In this document: positions 51,544 to 64,000 of the stretch, piece by piece
How positions within the stretch are numbered: the stretch's first letter is position 1
How the letters are laid out: the number at the start of each line of letters is the position of its first letter
Assembly: GCA_043228905.1 (NCBI GenBank)
Contig: JBHGNT010000005.1
Location: 18,972,001-19,036,000 of the forward strand
DNA length: 64,000 bases
Direction: 5' to 3'
Origin: Azolla caroliniana
Taxonomy: Eukaryota; Plantae; Polypodiophyta
Position numbers and translations under genes: made by a program
Notes under the pieces: generated by a model
What the model was told of the DNA's origin: nothing
The model's database searches: none
The model's input: only the letters and a program-made list of their open reading frames with translations

Positions 51544-53191
51544 TTTTCAACCATTTTGTATGATGGAAAAACCATACAGAAAAATGTTGTAGGTATTCAT
51601 CACCTTCATTGCTCATTAGAAGAACCTACGTTTTGAATCGAGGGTCATGTATGGTTCTTGCAAAGTAATGTCAAAATCATTATGCTTGCTACAAGTCGGA
51701 CTACCTAAACCATGGCCTATATGTGATCTCTGGCAAGTTCGGGAAGTTATGTTTCTTGTCGGTGTCCCTCATATGTGTCTTCATGTAGTATTTCATGTAT
51801 CACTTTTATAACCTTATGCATTGAGCTCTATTCTAGGTTGCGTTAAACTTGATGATGCACCAAAATAGTGGGTAGATGCCATTTTGGACACTAAGTTAGG
51901 TGAATAACAAAATTATATTAGTTAGGTCATATATTCAATGATTAAACTTGGAAGCTTATTAAAAATATTGTCAATGTCGTAGAAATTGTAGCTGAACTTC
52001 ATCAATAATATCCTACTAAAAGCTAACTCCTAGTTCAAGTGTTGCAACTTGTGGAACTCATTGACATTGTCACGAAGCAAATGTAACAAAATGTGAACTA
52101 GGACATGAAAAGGAGAAACACGATACATGACATGATAAAAGTAAGGATTGCATTTTCATGTCCATTAAATTTTATCATTATAGATGGGCTCTACATTATG
52201 TTCATTGGCTAAGACCATTTACATTTCTTTCCTTTCTGACTTTTGATGTTGTGATACTTATTACTAACCCCTTTTGTCCTAGACAAAACAGACTTGCAAT
52301 GTCAATTTTCCACATGTGAAGGGACAATATTTCTTTACAAAAGATGATTCTAAAAAGGATGAAAAAGAATGATTTATACAAAATATATCAAAGCAAGAAG
52401 TTCTACTCCTAGAAGGATATTGGGAAATACAAGGCAATGCGTTAGGTAGTAGGTGTTCGCTCCGGAGCCTTGTAAAAATATAGAAATTAAGTCCTTCTCC
52501 ACTCAAAATATCTCTCTGGGGTTTGCCAACCCTATCATCAATGCATGTCGTTCACTTTGTTATATGATCTCATCATTCATGCTAAAGTAAAAATAAATGT
52601 GGTGACATGGATTTACATAGAGCAAGTAAGACGTTCTTACCTTGCATTAAATAGATGAAAACTCATACCTTTGTGAACCTTCCTCTTAGAAGAAAAGCAA
52701 GAATAATAAGCTATAGCTCATGCTGTCTTGCAATTGAAGTAATACTACATTTGTTTCTCTCTCAAATACTCTTTAACATTGACAATAAAGGAAAAGCGCA
52801 AGAGTTATGTGTGTATGTGTGTATGTGTGTGTGTTGAGTCCACCCATCCTACTCTCATTTTTCGAAGTGTGATTCTTAGTGAACACATCATGTGATTATA
52901 AAGAGAGTTTCCCTTTTCAACTAATAACTTCTTTGTTTAAATATTGGATGTGAGACATAACCATCCAAGCAATGTATAGGGATCAAACAAGTCATGGCCC
53001 TTGTTCAAGATAGTAACCTAAGAATGTGCAAATACGTGTATCCCTATGTTGTTGATTTAGTTATCTAGAGTTCCATGAACCAGTTCAACAAATGGTAGAT
53101 GGAAATCATTGATGCATTAATACATCACAATGAAATACGTGTGGTACAAGTAAGTTTCTATCGAACTAACTTCAGCAATAGTTTCTACCAT

Positions 53192-53469
53192 CATATGAGA
53201 TGGGAAGGCGGAGGGAGATGACAAAGAACAAGAGAGCACAACCACAAGTTCGAACACATGATGTAAGTTCCAATAAGAGAAATAAGGTACACTAGAAATT
53301 ATTAAGGAAAGGGAGTAAAAGATTTGTACATATGAGATGGGAAGGCGGAGGGAGATGACAAAGAACAAGAGAGCACAACCATAAGTTCGAACACATGATG
53401 TAAGTTCCAATAAGAGAAATAAGGTACACTAGAAATTATTACGGAAAGGGAGTAAAAGATTTGTACATA
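53192..53469. repeat. 137-bp direct tandem duplication downstream of GPAT
   Basis: CATATGAGATGGGAAGGCGG... starts at 53192 and at 53329, with about 2 mismatches. Confidence 0.92.
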
Positions 53470-53963
53470 AAATAGCTTCATAATTTTTGTCTAGTTTTTT
53501 CAAGCTTTTTAAATTAGGCTCTTCAAAAGAAAAAAACAATATTAAAAGAGATATAGATACATATAGGTTCTTCTTGCTAAAAACTCTTTTGCATCTTTCT
53601 TTCTTTTTGTTCTAGTTTTTCTTTTAAGTCTTTACATATCATTCACTTTTTTCCTTCAACACTTAATATTGAATAAAGGTTGAAAACCAAAGTCAAGGCA
53701 TACAACAAAATGCAAGAAAAAGGAGGATTACAGGATAAGAGGACCAAAATAAGTGGGGTCTATGAAGGAATAGATAGGCAGACACACACAAAAAGAAGTA
53801 GGCAATTAGGTTTTAGGGTTTGGTGAATGAAAAGGTCTGATGTAAATAACGGTTTGGCATTTAAAGATCTACGGTTTTACGTAGGAATGTAAGGAAGGAG
53901 TAGGATTTTTTTCATGTTTAGAGTCTAGATAAGAGGTTTAGGCCGTTCATGCCGAGCCAATCA

Positions 53964-56900
53964 TCACGGTTTGACGGAGCCATCCCCTTGGGTAAGCATT
54001 ATGTATTTGTCCCTCCTAGTGAATGTGGTACATTCGAACCCGAGTGTGGCTGCCAATAGCTTCTGGATATAGTTGGCGACTTCGAAGGCCGACTTCCCAC
54101 CACTATACGTGAAATCCGATGGCAATTGATCTAAAAACGTAACCTCGTACGCGGGGAAAGGGTTCATCAAGAAGAAGAACACGTCGAACGCTTTGTACCC
54201 CCTCACCGTGTTTCCATAGAACATTCCGACTCTTGGTAAGGCCGCGACCGGCACGATCCGGTCGGTCAATTCCGCAAACAATGCACTAAACCTCAATAAC
54301 ACAGGCTCCCGACAAGTCGTGCCTTCGGGGCATATCACGAGGTTCCCCTTCCGTAAGAGCTTCTTTATGTTCAACGCATCCTTCTCTCTATTCCTCGTGA
54401 GCCTCACAGTCGGGATGGGCGATATGATTTCGGTTAGCCGGCTCAACGAATATGTGACCGCGGTCACTTGTTTCCCCAAGGCGACCGATAGAAAAACGGG
54501 GTCTAGACATGTCCGATGGCAACACACAAAGAGGACACCATTACTTTCATTTTCTTCGTCTTCTTCTTCTTTGGATTTGGGTTTCCCATGTCCGTTTACG
54601 CGGCGTTGTCCACCTCCGGTGGGGACACTTCCACGCACCGTGAGGCTTACCCCAAGGAGTTTGTACATGAGTGGGACGAAGCGCAAGGGCGTGTTCACGC
54701 ATATGAGGACACGGATGACAGCCAACACGAGGCCAATGGGGAACCATAGGAGAGTGAGGAGGGCCACGAGGGGCGTAGGGCGCCGGACCAAGCGCCCATC
54801 ATGGAACACTACCGGCTTGAAAAGCTTGTGCATAGGAACCGCCTCTATCGGCTTCTTGCTCGGCTCCACCATATAAGCTTCCTGTTTTCGTAGTACATAC
54901 ATACCAAGCTTAACACCATTAAACTTATGTGGTAAAGCAAGCACAATGTGCAAAGAAAAAATTAGCATTGACTGCCCCTCATAAAAGCATATAGCAAAAA
55001 GACCCTTCACACAATTCCTCACAAATTGTAGTTGTTTGTACATACATTCATGGCCCATGTAAAAAATTCTGAAAATTCTGAAAATTCATAACATATACAC
55101 AAGCACACTAAGAAGTCACACTAAACCCTAAATCAAGCATGCAATGATAAGTCATTGAGGACATATATATACAAGCAATGATCAAAATGACTAGCCATAT
55201 ATATATATATGTATGTATGTGTTTATTATACATGCATATATGATGAATCTAACAAGAGCCCGGAGGCCCATACCAAAATTCAGGTACATTTATGGTACAA
55301 AAAGAGAAAGGACAGTCCATTAAAGGACTGACAAAGCTGTCATTTTTTTTATATAGCCAACCTTATGTTCAAGATTGATAGAGCATTTAATACTCTCTCT
55401 CTCTCTCTCTCTAAATGTCACATCAAAAATTGTCAGTTAATGTATTAATCCATTATATTCACAAGCACAAGGAGGGGGGGGAGAAAAGCTCAGTGTGAAG
55501 GAAATTAATTTGTTAGAAACCAATAATGTACATATATGGAAAGAAGAAAACAGAGGAAAGCCAAAGAGAAAAAAAAAGCAGCACCATTTTTTGTTATCAA
55601 TCACATACTTACTGTCTTAATCATCCCATTGCAAAAGGGTTTTAAGGTTTTCGAACAAAAAGGGGGAAAAGAAAAACAAAAATTCCCATGGAATTTCTTT
55701 TAATGCATTCCTGTCTTAATTATTAATCAGCATTTTCGGCACAAAAATCATTCACTCGGTTCATTGTCTCTCTGACACATACACACACCGCATTCATTCA
55801 CTCATTAAATGACGGGATTAATAGAAACATCATGCTTAATCGGCACACTAACCATGCATTAATGATCTTGAAAGAATGGTTAACGGAGGAAAGGCTCAAA
55901 TTTTTACTTACATACTGATCGACCTCACTCACATTCATTCATTCAACGACCTTGTGATTATTAAATAATGGATTAGGTTAATTAACGGACAATGCATGCT
56001 TGATTCTGTTGTAGCACATTCCTTTTCCTTAAACTAATTAAACACGCTCAGTAAGATATTTCCCAAAGATATCTAAGCAGATCATGCGTTCATTCATCAT
56101 CACCCGGAATGCAATGCAATGCAGTCTTCTAGAATGAACTGAATTGGATGGACTACCTACCTAGCAAAGATTGAGTAATGTAAAGATATCTAAAGCAAGC
56201 AGCCTATGCCTATGCCTTGATACATCATCACTCGGAATGCAAAGCAAATGCAGTCATCGAGTAGGAATGAATGAATTGAATGGATTAGTGAACCTGTCCG
56301 GCATGGCATGGCGAAGTGCAGGAACTAACGATTGATTCGACAGACAGGCAGACAGACCTAATTTCCTGTGGCTTTACATTGATTCATCATAACGCGGAAT
56401 GCAATGCAAAAATGCAGTTTTCTATAAGGAAGGAAGGAAGGAATTGAATGGATGAAATGAAACCGTCCCCCTCAGGGAGAAGGTGTAGGATTTAGGGTTT
56501 AGGATGGAGTAGGGAGACGTCCATACCTTGCAGAGATTGAGGAATGGTAGGTCAGAGGGCCGATCGCCAAGGCCGATGTCAGGCTGGGTGTCGCAGCCAG
56601 CTTTAATGGCGTTCCTCTTGTGCTCCCCGACGAGGACGCCGGGGGACTGCAGGAATCCAGTGGCGCGGCCGCCATTCGTGACCTGGATCTCGGTGCCGAG
56701 GACCTTATCAGCGCCGAGATGGTTCTTGCAGAAGAACTCGACCATGACGCGGGGGTTAGCAGTGACGACGCAGCGATGGTAGCAGGAGGAGAAGACGCGC
56801 CAGGACTCAGGGTGGATGTCTTCTGCGTAGAACTTGGGGAGGACGGCGCGGGCCACGGCTTCGATGTCTTTGAGCTTGAGGCCGGCGATGGCGACGAAGA

Positions 56901-57216
56901 TGAGGAGCCTGATTCCTGCGTCCTCGCTCACCAGGTGATACAGGAGCCAGACGATCGGAGAGACGGCCATGAGCAGGGCGGCTCGGATCACGCTCCCGCC
57001 TTCCAGCGCCATGAGCATGAAGTATGGGAAGGAGCTCCTCCCCCTCGTCAGTGTCCCGTCCAGATCCGCCACGATCTTCTGCTTCTCCCTCCCCCTCGAC
57101 GAGCATTTCTCCACGCCTGCGTAGCTCCTCACCTGCTCCTCCTCCTCCTCCTTCGCCCCCGCCATAGCCACACCTGCATTCTTCATCACTGATTCTGAGC
57201 CTTTGCTGATTACCAT
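53964..57216 (-). CDS. GPAT: sn-2 glycerol-3-phosphate acyltransferase/phosphatase, GPAT4/6/8 (GPAT6-like) clade; exons 57216-56527 and 54881-53964 (about 535 aa)
   Basis: HAD motifs DLDGT and GDRPSD, acyltransferase HRTCLDP and CPEGTT, FHDGRLV. Phase-0 GT-AG intron at LCK|EAY. Confidence 0.93.
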
Positions 57217-58019
57217 TTCAGTCCTCTCTTTGATCGATCGATCTGATCTCTGATCTCTGATCTCTTATCTCTGCTGTGGTATATCTGATTCGGCCAGAAT
57301 TGACTACTGATCTCTTTTCTCTGATCTTTTTCTTCCTTGATTACTGCTGAAGAGTTCAAATTTGCATATATGGCTTTAGTGTAGTATGGTCCTTCCCTCT
57401 GCCAAGCTTTAGCTTTTGAAAATCTTTCTAGAGGTTTTGTTTCATGGAACGCAGTGACAAGCTCTGAAAACAAAAACGAAACCAAAACCAAAACAAAAAA
57501 GGACTCACAGATTCTGAAACTGTCTAGGGTTTCTTTATAGCCTTCATTGATTCGATTTGGGAGTGTTTTGGGTGGAGAGTTTCTGAAGCGTCTCGTAAGA
57601 ATTTTGGCTGGCGATGGATTTACGCAATAATCACTGAGAGTTCTGAAGGTTTTAAATTGATTGTTTTTTGAAAAAACTGAATGATTTTGCAGATGGATTT
57701 ATGCAGGAAGGAAGGATTTTAAAGGTGGGTGTGTATGCGAAGAAAATGCAAAGAAATTATTACAGGATCGAAATCAATGATTGTTTTTTGAAGGAGGCAA
57801 AAAGCTAAAGATCTTGAAGCAAGAAAACTGCAGGAATTTTTGGGATACAGAAGCAAAAAAAAAAAAAAAAAAAGGATAGATGAAGGTATGGATGGGGAAG
57901 GAAATGAGGGTTTATTTCTGAAGGTATGGATGGGGGGGAATCTGCAAAATGCTAGGAGGGAAGGTGCTTCCGTCTCTTATAATCGGTCTCATAGCTCATA
58001 TTTGACATCCGAAGACGAT

Positions 58020-58025
58020 AATATA

Positions 58026-58058
<33 letters not shown>

Positions 58059-58696
58059 CCTTATCTATCTATCTGTCGTTAAGTTCAGTAAGGGTATATA
58101 TATATAATGTATATATAATGTATATGTAGGAAGGAGATAGGTTGAGTTTGAATGGGCTAGTTAGTTAGTTAGTTAGTTAGTTAGTCTTGAGCTAGCTACC
58201 TCTGTAAGTGTATTATGCAAAAGGAAGAAGATTGGAAGGCCTGCCTGCTTACCTGATGAAGTTACTTACTAAAGGGAGGTGGTAAGTTGGTTGGTTAGTG
58301 AGGGAGCAGGGGGGCAACCCAATTAAACACCACCAAAAGAGACAGAAAGAGAGAGACAGAGAGAGAGAGTCTTAAGAGAAGGAAGATGGTGAAGGGGGTT
58401 GGATGGAAGGGTAGAAGAAGAAGGGTAAGTAAGTTAAGGGGGGGTTGGGGTTGGTTATGATTGGTATTATTAATATACATAGGTACATACATACATACAT
58501 ATATAGAAAGAAAAAATGAAAAAAATGAAAAGCAAAGGAGCTGCTACTGCTGCCAGATTGGTAAGAAGAAAGTGGACCAAAATTTGAGAGAGAGAGAGTT
58601 AAATTTCATTAGGTAGAGAGAGAGAGAGAGAGAGAGATCCTTCTGGGTAAGCATTTGAAATTAGAAAAGAGTAGTAGTAGTAGTACAATACAATGT

Positions 58697-58731
<35 letters not shown>

Positions 58732-59217
58732 ACTCATCATCACATGGAAGTATGAAAGGAACTTTATGAAGGTTAAGGAAGGAAGGAAGGGCAGAGAAGA
58801 GGAGTAGGAGAGGGAGGGAAGGGGGGGGGGGGGGGGGGGGGTGAAAAATAATAGAGAAAAAGACCAGAAAAGATGGGGTGGGTTTTATTGAAGAGATGGA
58901 TGGATGGATAGGTGAGACTTATAGATACATATATATATATATATATATATAGGTGAATGGATGGATATGGGTGAATAGAATTGGGAGATAGTTAGATGTT
59001 AGATACATAGCTAGATAGATAGATACATAGATGCAGCATCCATATGTATATGTATTGATGATATAGGAAAGAGAGAGAGGGAGGGAGAGAGAGAGAGAGA
59101 GAGCATTGTAATTGTACACACACCCCTTTTCTATCTCTTTCTCTACTCTCTCTCTCTCTCTCTCTCTCCTCCTTAGATGATCAATTAACTCCTTGGCGGT
59201 CCCTTTAAAGAACAATA

Positions 59218-59262
<45 letters not shown>
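58020..59262. repeat. Microsatellite-rich region upstream of GPAT: (ATCT)n, (TTAG)n, (AG)n, (CT)n, poly-G
   Basis: Directly visible simple repeats, including a G-run at 58821-58841. Confidence 0.9.
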
Positions 59263-59265
<3 letters not shown>

Positions 59266-60411
59266 AAACATGTCAAATGAGGGAGAGCCTTCTCTTTTAT
59301 GCAACCCAACAGTCCAAAGAAAAACAAAAGACAAAAAGAAGAGGGGGGGGGGATCACAAGATCACTTAAACACGAGCGAGACGGACACGGCACATTACAA
59401 GACATTCATTCCAAGAGAATGCATCTTTGATTGTCACATTCATGGAGATAAGAGAGACACCGAGAGAGAGAGAGAGAGATGGAGGGGGGACTCATGTCTC
59501 GAATGATGTGCATGAGAACCCCCCCGAAGTAACCAACATGCTCTTTCTCCTTTAAGAGTGCCAAATCTAAGCCCATCGGGGTACAAAGAGAATAACTATT
59601 GTAACGAAGATGCCTCGTGATCGATCGGACAGTCAATAAGACTTTAACAATGTCATATTAACCATTAGAGAGTAACTAGTCGCAAGTCACTCACATTATG
59701 ATTGGAGCTCAAATCTAACCTTTTGCTTCGTAGTTAACATTGTGCCCGTAGTGTGACCAAAGTTCTACTCTTGCCTCAATTAAAGTACACTTGGACGGCT
59801 AGTAATATCCATTCGACCAAGTTTGATGCTAAGCTCTCCCAATACACATCCACCTGACTTAGTTAGGCGGAGTTCAAATATTATACATTCCTATGCTTGG
59901 TCCCTCGTCTCCTAACGATGCTTACCTATTCTGTAAGAAGTTATTACGCTATCAACACAAAGCCATGGTTCGCGCATTTTTGCTACATTTACTATGCATC
60001 ACTCCTCCTACATATCATGCCAAATCATCATATCGAGTTAACAGTATCATTATCTTCGAACGATTATTGGACACAACAATCTCTTTTCAACACAACAAAC
60101 ACCATGAAAATGTTTCGCTTTGATTCCATTGAGGCATATTTAACCAATGACTCATGAGGATGATAAATAGAATCTATTTATCTTTGAACAAGTTCATGCA
60201 TCTAAGCATCACACTTCATTATAATGCTCCACCTTCGATCACATGCAAAATTGCTTCTCCCACATTTTCGGCCTAAGCAATACACATCTCTTTCACTCAA
60301 AATGTTGCTCATACTAGATCACAAACATTCGATTGTAAATTTCTTGACCGTTGAAAGCCACTAATCAACACCACTCCTATGTGCAAATGTTTGACCTCTT
60401 AGGGCAATGGC

Positions 60412-60469
<58 letters not shown>

Positions 60470-60859
60470 CATAAGGGTAGCATATAGACATATATTAAGA
60501 CAACACACATAATTTGTGAGAAGAACAAGAACTTTATTGAAGGCTTAATCCTCTATGGTGTTCTAAAGGTAACTCCTCTGGGACATCGTGCCCACAATGC
60601 TCAATTAAAGTAATTGATTGATCAAATTTGATTTCCATCTACGTACTTGTGGTTCTCCATGGAGAACATCGAACAATACCCGTTTACTTTCTTGCTTAAT
60701 TACTATTTATTTTGGTTTGTTGTTTTCCAAAGAACGACACTACATTTTAAAACAAAATCTCCTATTTGGTCTTATAGGCCATTTTGGCCTCTTAAAACAC
60801 ATCAATACATATATGATTGTATATTTCTTCTTTGTTTATGCTTCATAACATTGTTGTAC

Positions 60860-61500
60860 CATACTCCCGAATGCCTAAAGGTACTTAATCAATGCCACTT
60901 TGGGAGGATAAAAATCCCAAACACTAAAATGGGGACACAAATTTTCACGTAACAAAGCCCAAATCAATGGCATAATGAGTAGTATGAAATTAAGACATGC
61001 TTAGCATCCTCCTCCGACATTGTACGAAAAATGTATGTCCTATAATAAATGTGTCAATGTTATGACATTGCAGCCATAGGCAACCCACCATCATTGCTAG
61101 TCAAGTAAACACTTTCACACAAAATAGGATTGTGATTGCCATCCCACATCCAACAATCAGTGCCACCATCCTACACATTCGAAAATGGGCCATATATTTG
61201 ACACCGTCACCAATAACCAAGCTTGGCCTTTAGTCATCTTATGGTAGATGCCATTGATATCACACCAAAAGTATTGATTTTTTGTTATCTTGTAATTGAT
61301 AGCTTCATGGTTCCTTGTCCACCAATTCCAAATACAGGGACCACAAGAATTAGCAAGATGGTTAATGATCACCAAGTATGATAATATCCATGAAGTATAT
61401 GTATCGTAGTTAGAGAATGCCTTTACATCATTTGAGACTTGTGACTTTATTTTCCATCCAAGTGCAGGAGTCACGAAGACATGCACATCTCTATTGGAAG
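60860..61500 (-). mobile_element. Possible degenerate L1 LINE C-terminal (zf-RVT) remnant
   Basis: Broken minus-strand translation VKVFT*LAM...EEDAKHVL...IWA resembles the plant L1 zinc-finger region. Confidence 0.3.
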
Positions 61501-61546
61501 AGAATTTCTACATTGCCACAACTCTAGCAATCGCAACTTGACCTTT

Positions 61547-61587
<41 letters not shown>

Positions 61588-61859
61588 CGGTCTCTAAAAT
61601 ACTTAATTATTTGCATCTAAATTAAATATCAATAACCTTTAGAGTTGGTAATCTAAGTTTTCTTATATGGGAACGAGGTATGGGAAGGAAACATACCCAT
61701 TTCTCGATTGAATGAAACCACGAAGTTGTAAACGATGTACTTGCAATGTGATACTAAGGTCAAGGCAACCACATCATTATTTGACATCTTTTAGTGGGCA
61801 GTGGGCACACCACACACAACGCACACAAAAAAAACTATTTAAGAGATGGAATTCAACAA

Positions 61860-62450
61860 CATTGCTCAAGCTACCCATTGTGTTGCTTTATGGAGTGGAA
61901 GTGTGGAGTGACATTGTCTCATGTAGTGCATGTAGGGAAATAGAGAGAACTCAAAATTTGCTCTTAGACAATGGGGAGTTAAATTCTCCACATCCTCTCC
62001 TTTCATGATGTTAGAACCTACATAGATGTGAGCCGTGAAAAGATTATACAAATATATTACAGAAGTCAAGAATGTGCATGATCATATATTGTCAAAACAT
62101 GCTTGGAAGATAGGATCAAGGTACAGAAAACTAATAAGAGAAATCCTCTCATCTATTTAGGTGCTTCATACCACAAAATGGTTTAAAAAAATGGGGAATT
62201 GAATATCTATTGCATCTCTAAAGGGATGGATCCTATGAAGTGTGTGATAATTGAGGATGGATGACTAGATACACTAAGGATGAAGCAACAAGGTGCTCAA
62301 AATGTCAAATTTCAAATACCACAGTACAAATATTAACCCTCAATGTTTACCTCAATATAGTGTGAGAATGTTAAAACCTATCTAACCATATCTCGATATC
62401 CCCATGAGCTTTACCTCTCAAAGAGCCCTTACACTTGTTTCAACTCAATC
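61860..62450 (+). mobile_element. LINE ORF2 post-RT remnant
   Basis: LPIVLLYGVEVWS...EIERTQNLL; homologous to the sequence at about 63900-63980. Confidence 0.55.
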
Positions 62451-63179
62451 ACATAAGTTGGGTGTTCAGATATCATCAAGTATGAAGATATGCAATGAAA
62501 ATCTAATGGAGGATGAACATGACTTACTTCTCGTATGCTTAACATTTAATGTAATTCATGAGAAATATGATGACTTGACGAGCATGATAAATCAAGTGTC
62601 ATACTAGTCAAATCTCCACCAAGAAGGGTGCACATAAATGTGTGTGCATCATTTTCACATGAAGAGTTTTACTACAGAGTAACCCCCTTCTTAGGAAGGA
62701 TTCACATACAAGATGAAATGTTTATTTGGTTGCATGGATCAAATTTGGCCTCCTCGTGGATGATAAACATCTTATCTAATCTCAATCTCTTTGTATCTCA
62801 CGAAGTTTCTTCTAGGCAATATATAAACTCCATATATGCTCATACTTTTTGAGATTAGATCACTTCCCATTGAAAGCATTCATTGGATGAGCTCATAAAG
62901 AAACATTAGGGCCAAAAAGAGGGAATATAGGGGATTTTTTGTCCCCTTGGTATTCACTTCGTTTGTATTTTCTTCAATCTCTATTAAGATAGTAGGGATA
63001 AATACTTGGTGTTTCTCTCAAACCCCTACTATCTAGTAAGGGCAACATTATGTAAGTGTTTTTTATCCCATGCATCATCTTTCTAATACCCCTAAGGAAG
63101 TAAAATATCATTATCATCTATTCCCCCAGTATAGCTAGTTTTGGAAACACTTTACTACTATCAATTGTGTTGTCGCCCT

Positions 63180-64000
63180 TCAAGTGTTAATGGAAGAAAG
63201 TCATTTGAAAGGTAAAGATTACATTGTTTCTTTGTAGACTCAACAAGGCTATTGATATGGTTCCTCATGAACATCCATGGAGATACATGGAATAACTCAA
63301 GGTATCAAGTGAATATATGCTTGCAATTTCTCGAATCTATGATGTGATAGACCATATGCATATGGAAGATACAATTTTGGTTTCATTTCATTAGAAGTGT
63401 AGGTTTTAGGCAAGGATGCCTATTCTCACCAACTTTCTATGGTTTCTGCAATGATGAATTGGAAAAAATGGTTGACAAATTTGAAAAGCAATAATACATT
63501 GAAGAAGTTACCATTTAGAATACAACTATCTTGCTTTTGTTATATATGGATGATGTGATGTTTGTTGCAAATACTTTTGAAGATTCCCAATAGCTTACGA
63601 ATGTACAAGAAAACTTTTGCATGTGTAGTAAGTTGAGTTTCAATAACTCTAAAAGAAAGTTATGCACGTGAAGAGTCAAAATGGCGATAACCATCCATTG
63701 TGTACAACATTGAGCCCCTTGAAACAGTAGAAAGATTAAAATACCTTGGGCCCGAGGTTCTATCAATCATAGGAATGAATGTGTTACCTACCTCTTAGAA
63801 GTAGGAAAGAGGTTTTACAATGCATTTGAGAACATATACAATGGGGGATAAATTAAATGTTGGGTTCTCAAGAAATGTCCCTTTAATGCTTTTGGTGATA
63901 CCATTGCTTCTCTATCTTGTCAAAATATGGGGTGATAACATCCCTAAGTTCACTTGAAAAGAGTTTGAAATGTCCTAAAGTGCTCTCTTATGAACATTCT
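63180..64000 (+). mobile_element. Degenerate LINE reverse transcriptase (RTE/L2-like), runs off the window
   Basis: FFVD..KAIDMVP, GFRQGCLFSPT, LLLYMDDV and KYLG motifs in RT order, with stops and frameshifts. Confidence 0.75.

Noticed and set aside
59700-60400. Very degenerate gypsy RT on the minus strand
   Set aside because: Only scattered weak motif echoes; cannot be supported without a profile search.

Overview
Eukaryotic land-plant nuclear DNA, most likely a non-seed plant such as a fern (inference from the Tcn1-like chromovirus and gene style). Three intact spliced host genes: the 3' part of THO2 (+, 37-7338, last intron U12-type), a zeta-crystallin/NADPH:quinone oxidoreductase (-, 8954-12672) and a two-exon GPAT4/6/8-type sn-2 acyltransferase/phosphatase (-, 53964-57216). 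Between them is a ~38-kb block of nested transposons (about 13.5-51.5 kb). An intronless AGCVIII kinase pseudogene is split by a copia solo LTR, which is split by an 11.2-kb Ty3/gypsy element with a large extra coiled-coil ORF, which carries two more solo LTRs. A second nest has a (+) copia interrupted by two full-length (-) copia elements and a non-autonomous hAT, fused by deletion to a chromovirus 3' half. Most junctions were resolved with target-site duplications. Strongest leads: a chromovirus LTR with a dense heat-shock-element array plus an antisense tRNA-like Pol III promoter, the ~930-codon gypsy extra ORF, covarying triple palindromes at a copia LTR promoter, and an apparently unprocessed copia integration end. 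All alignments and counts are by eye; no prokaryotic system or CRISPR array is present.
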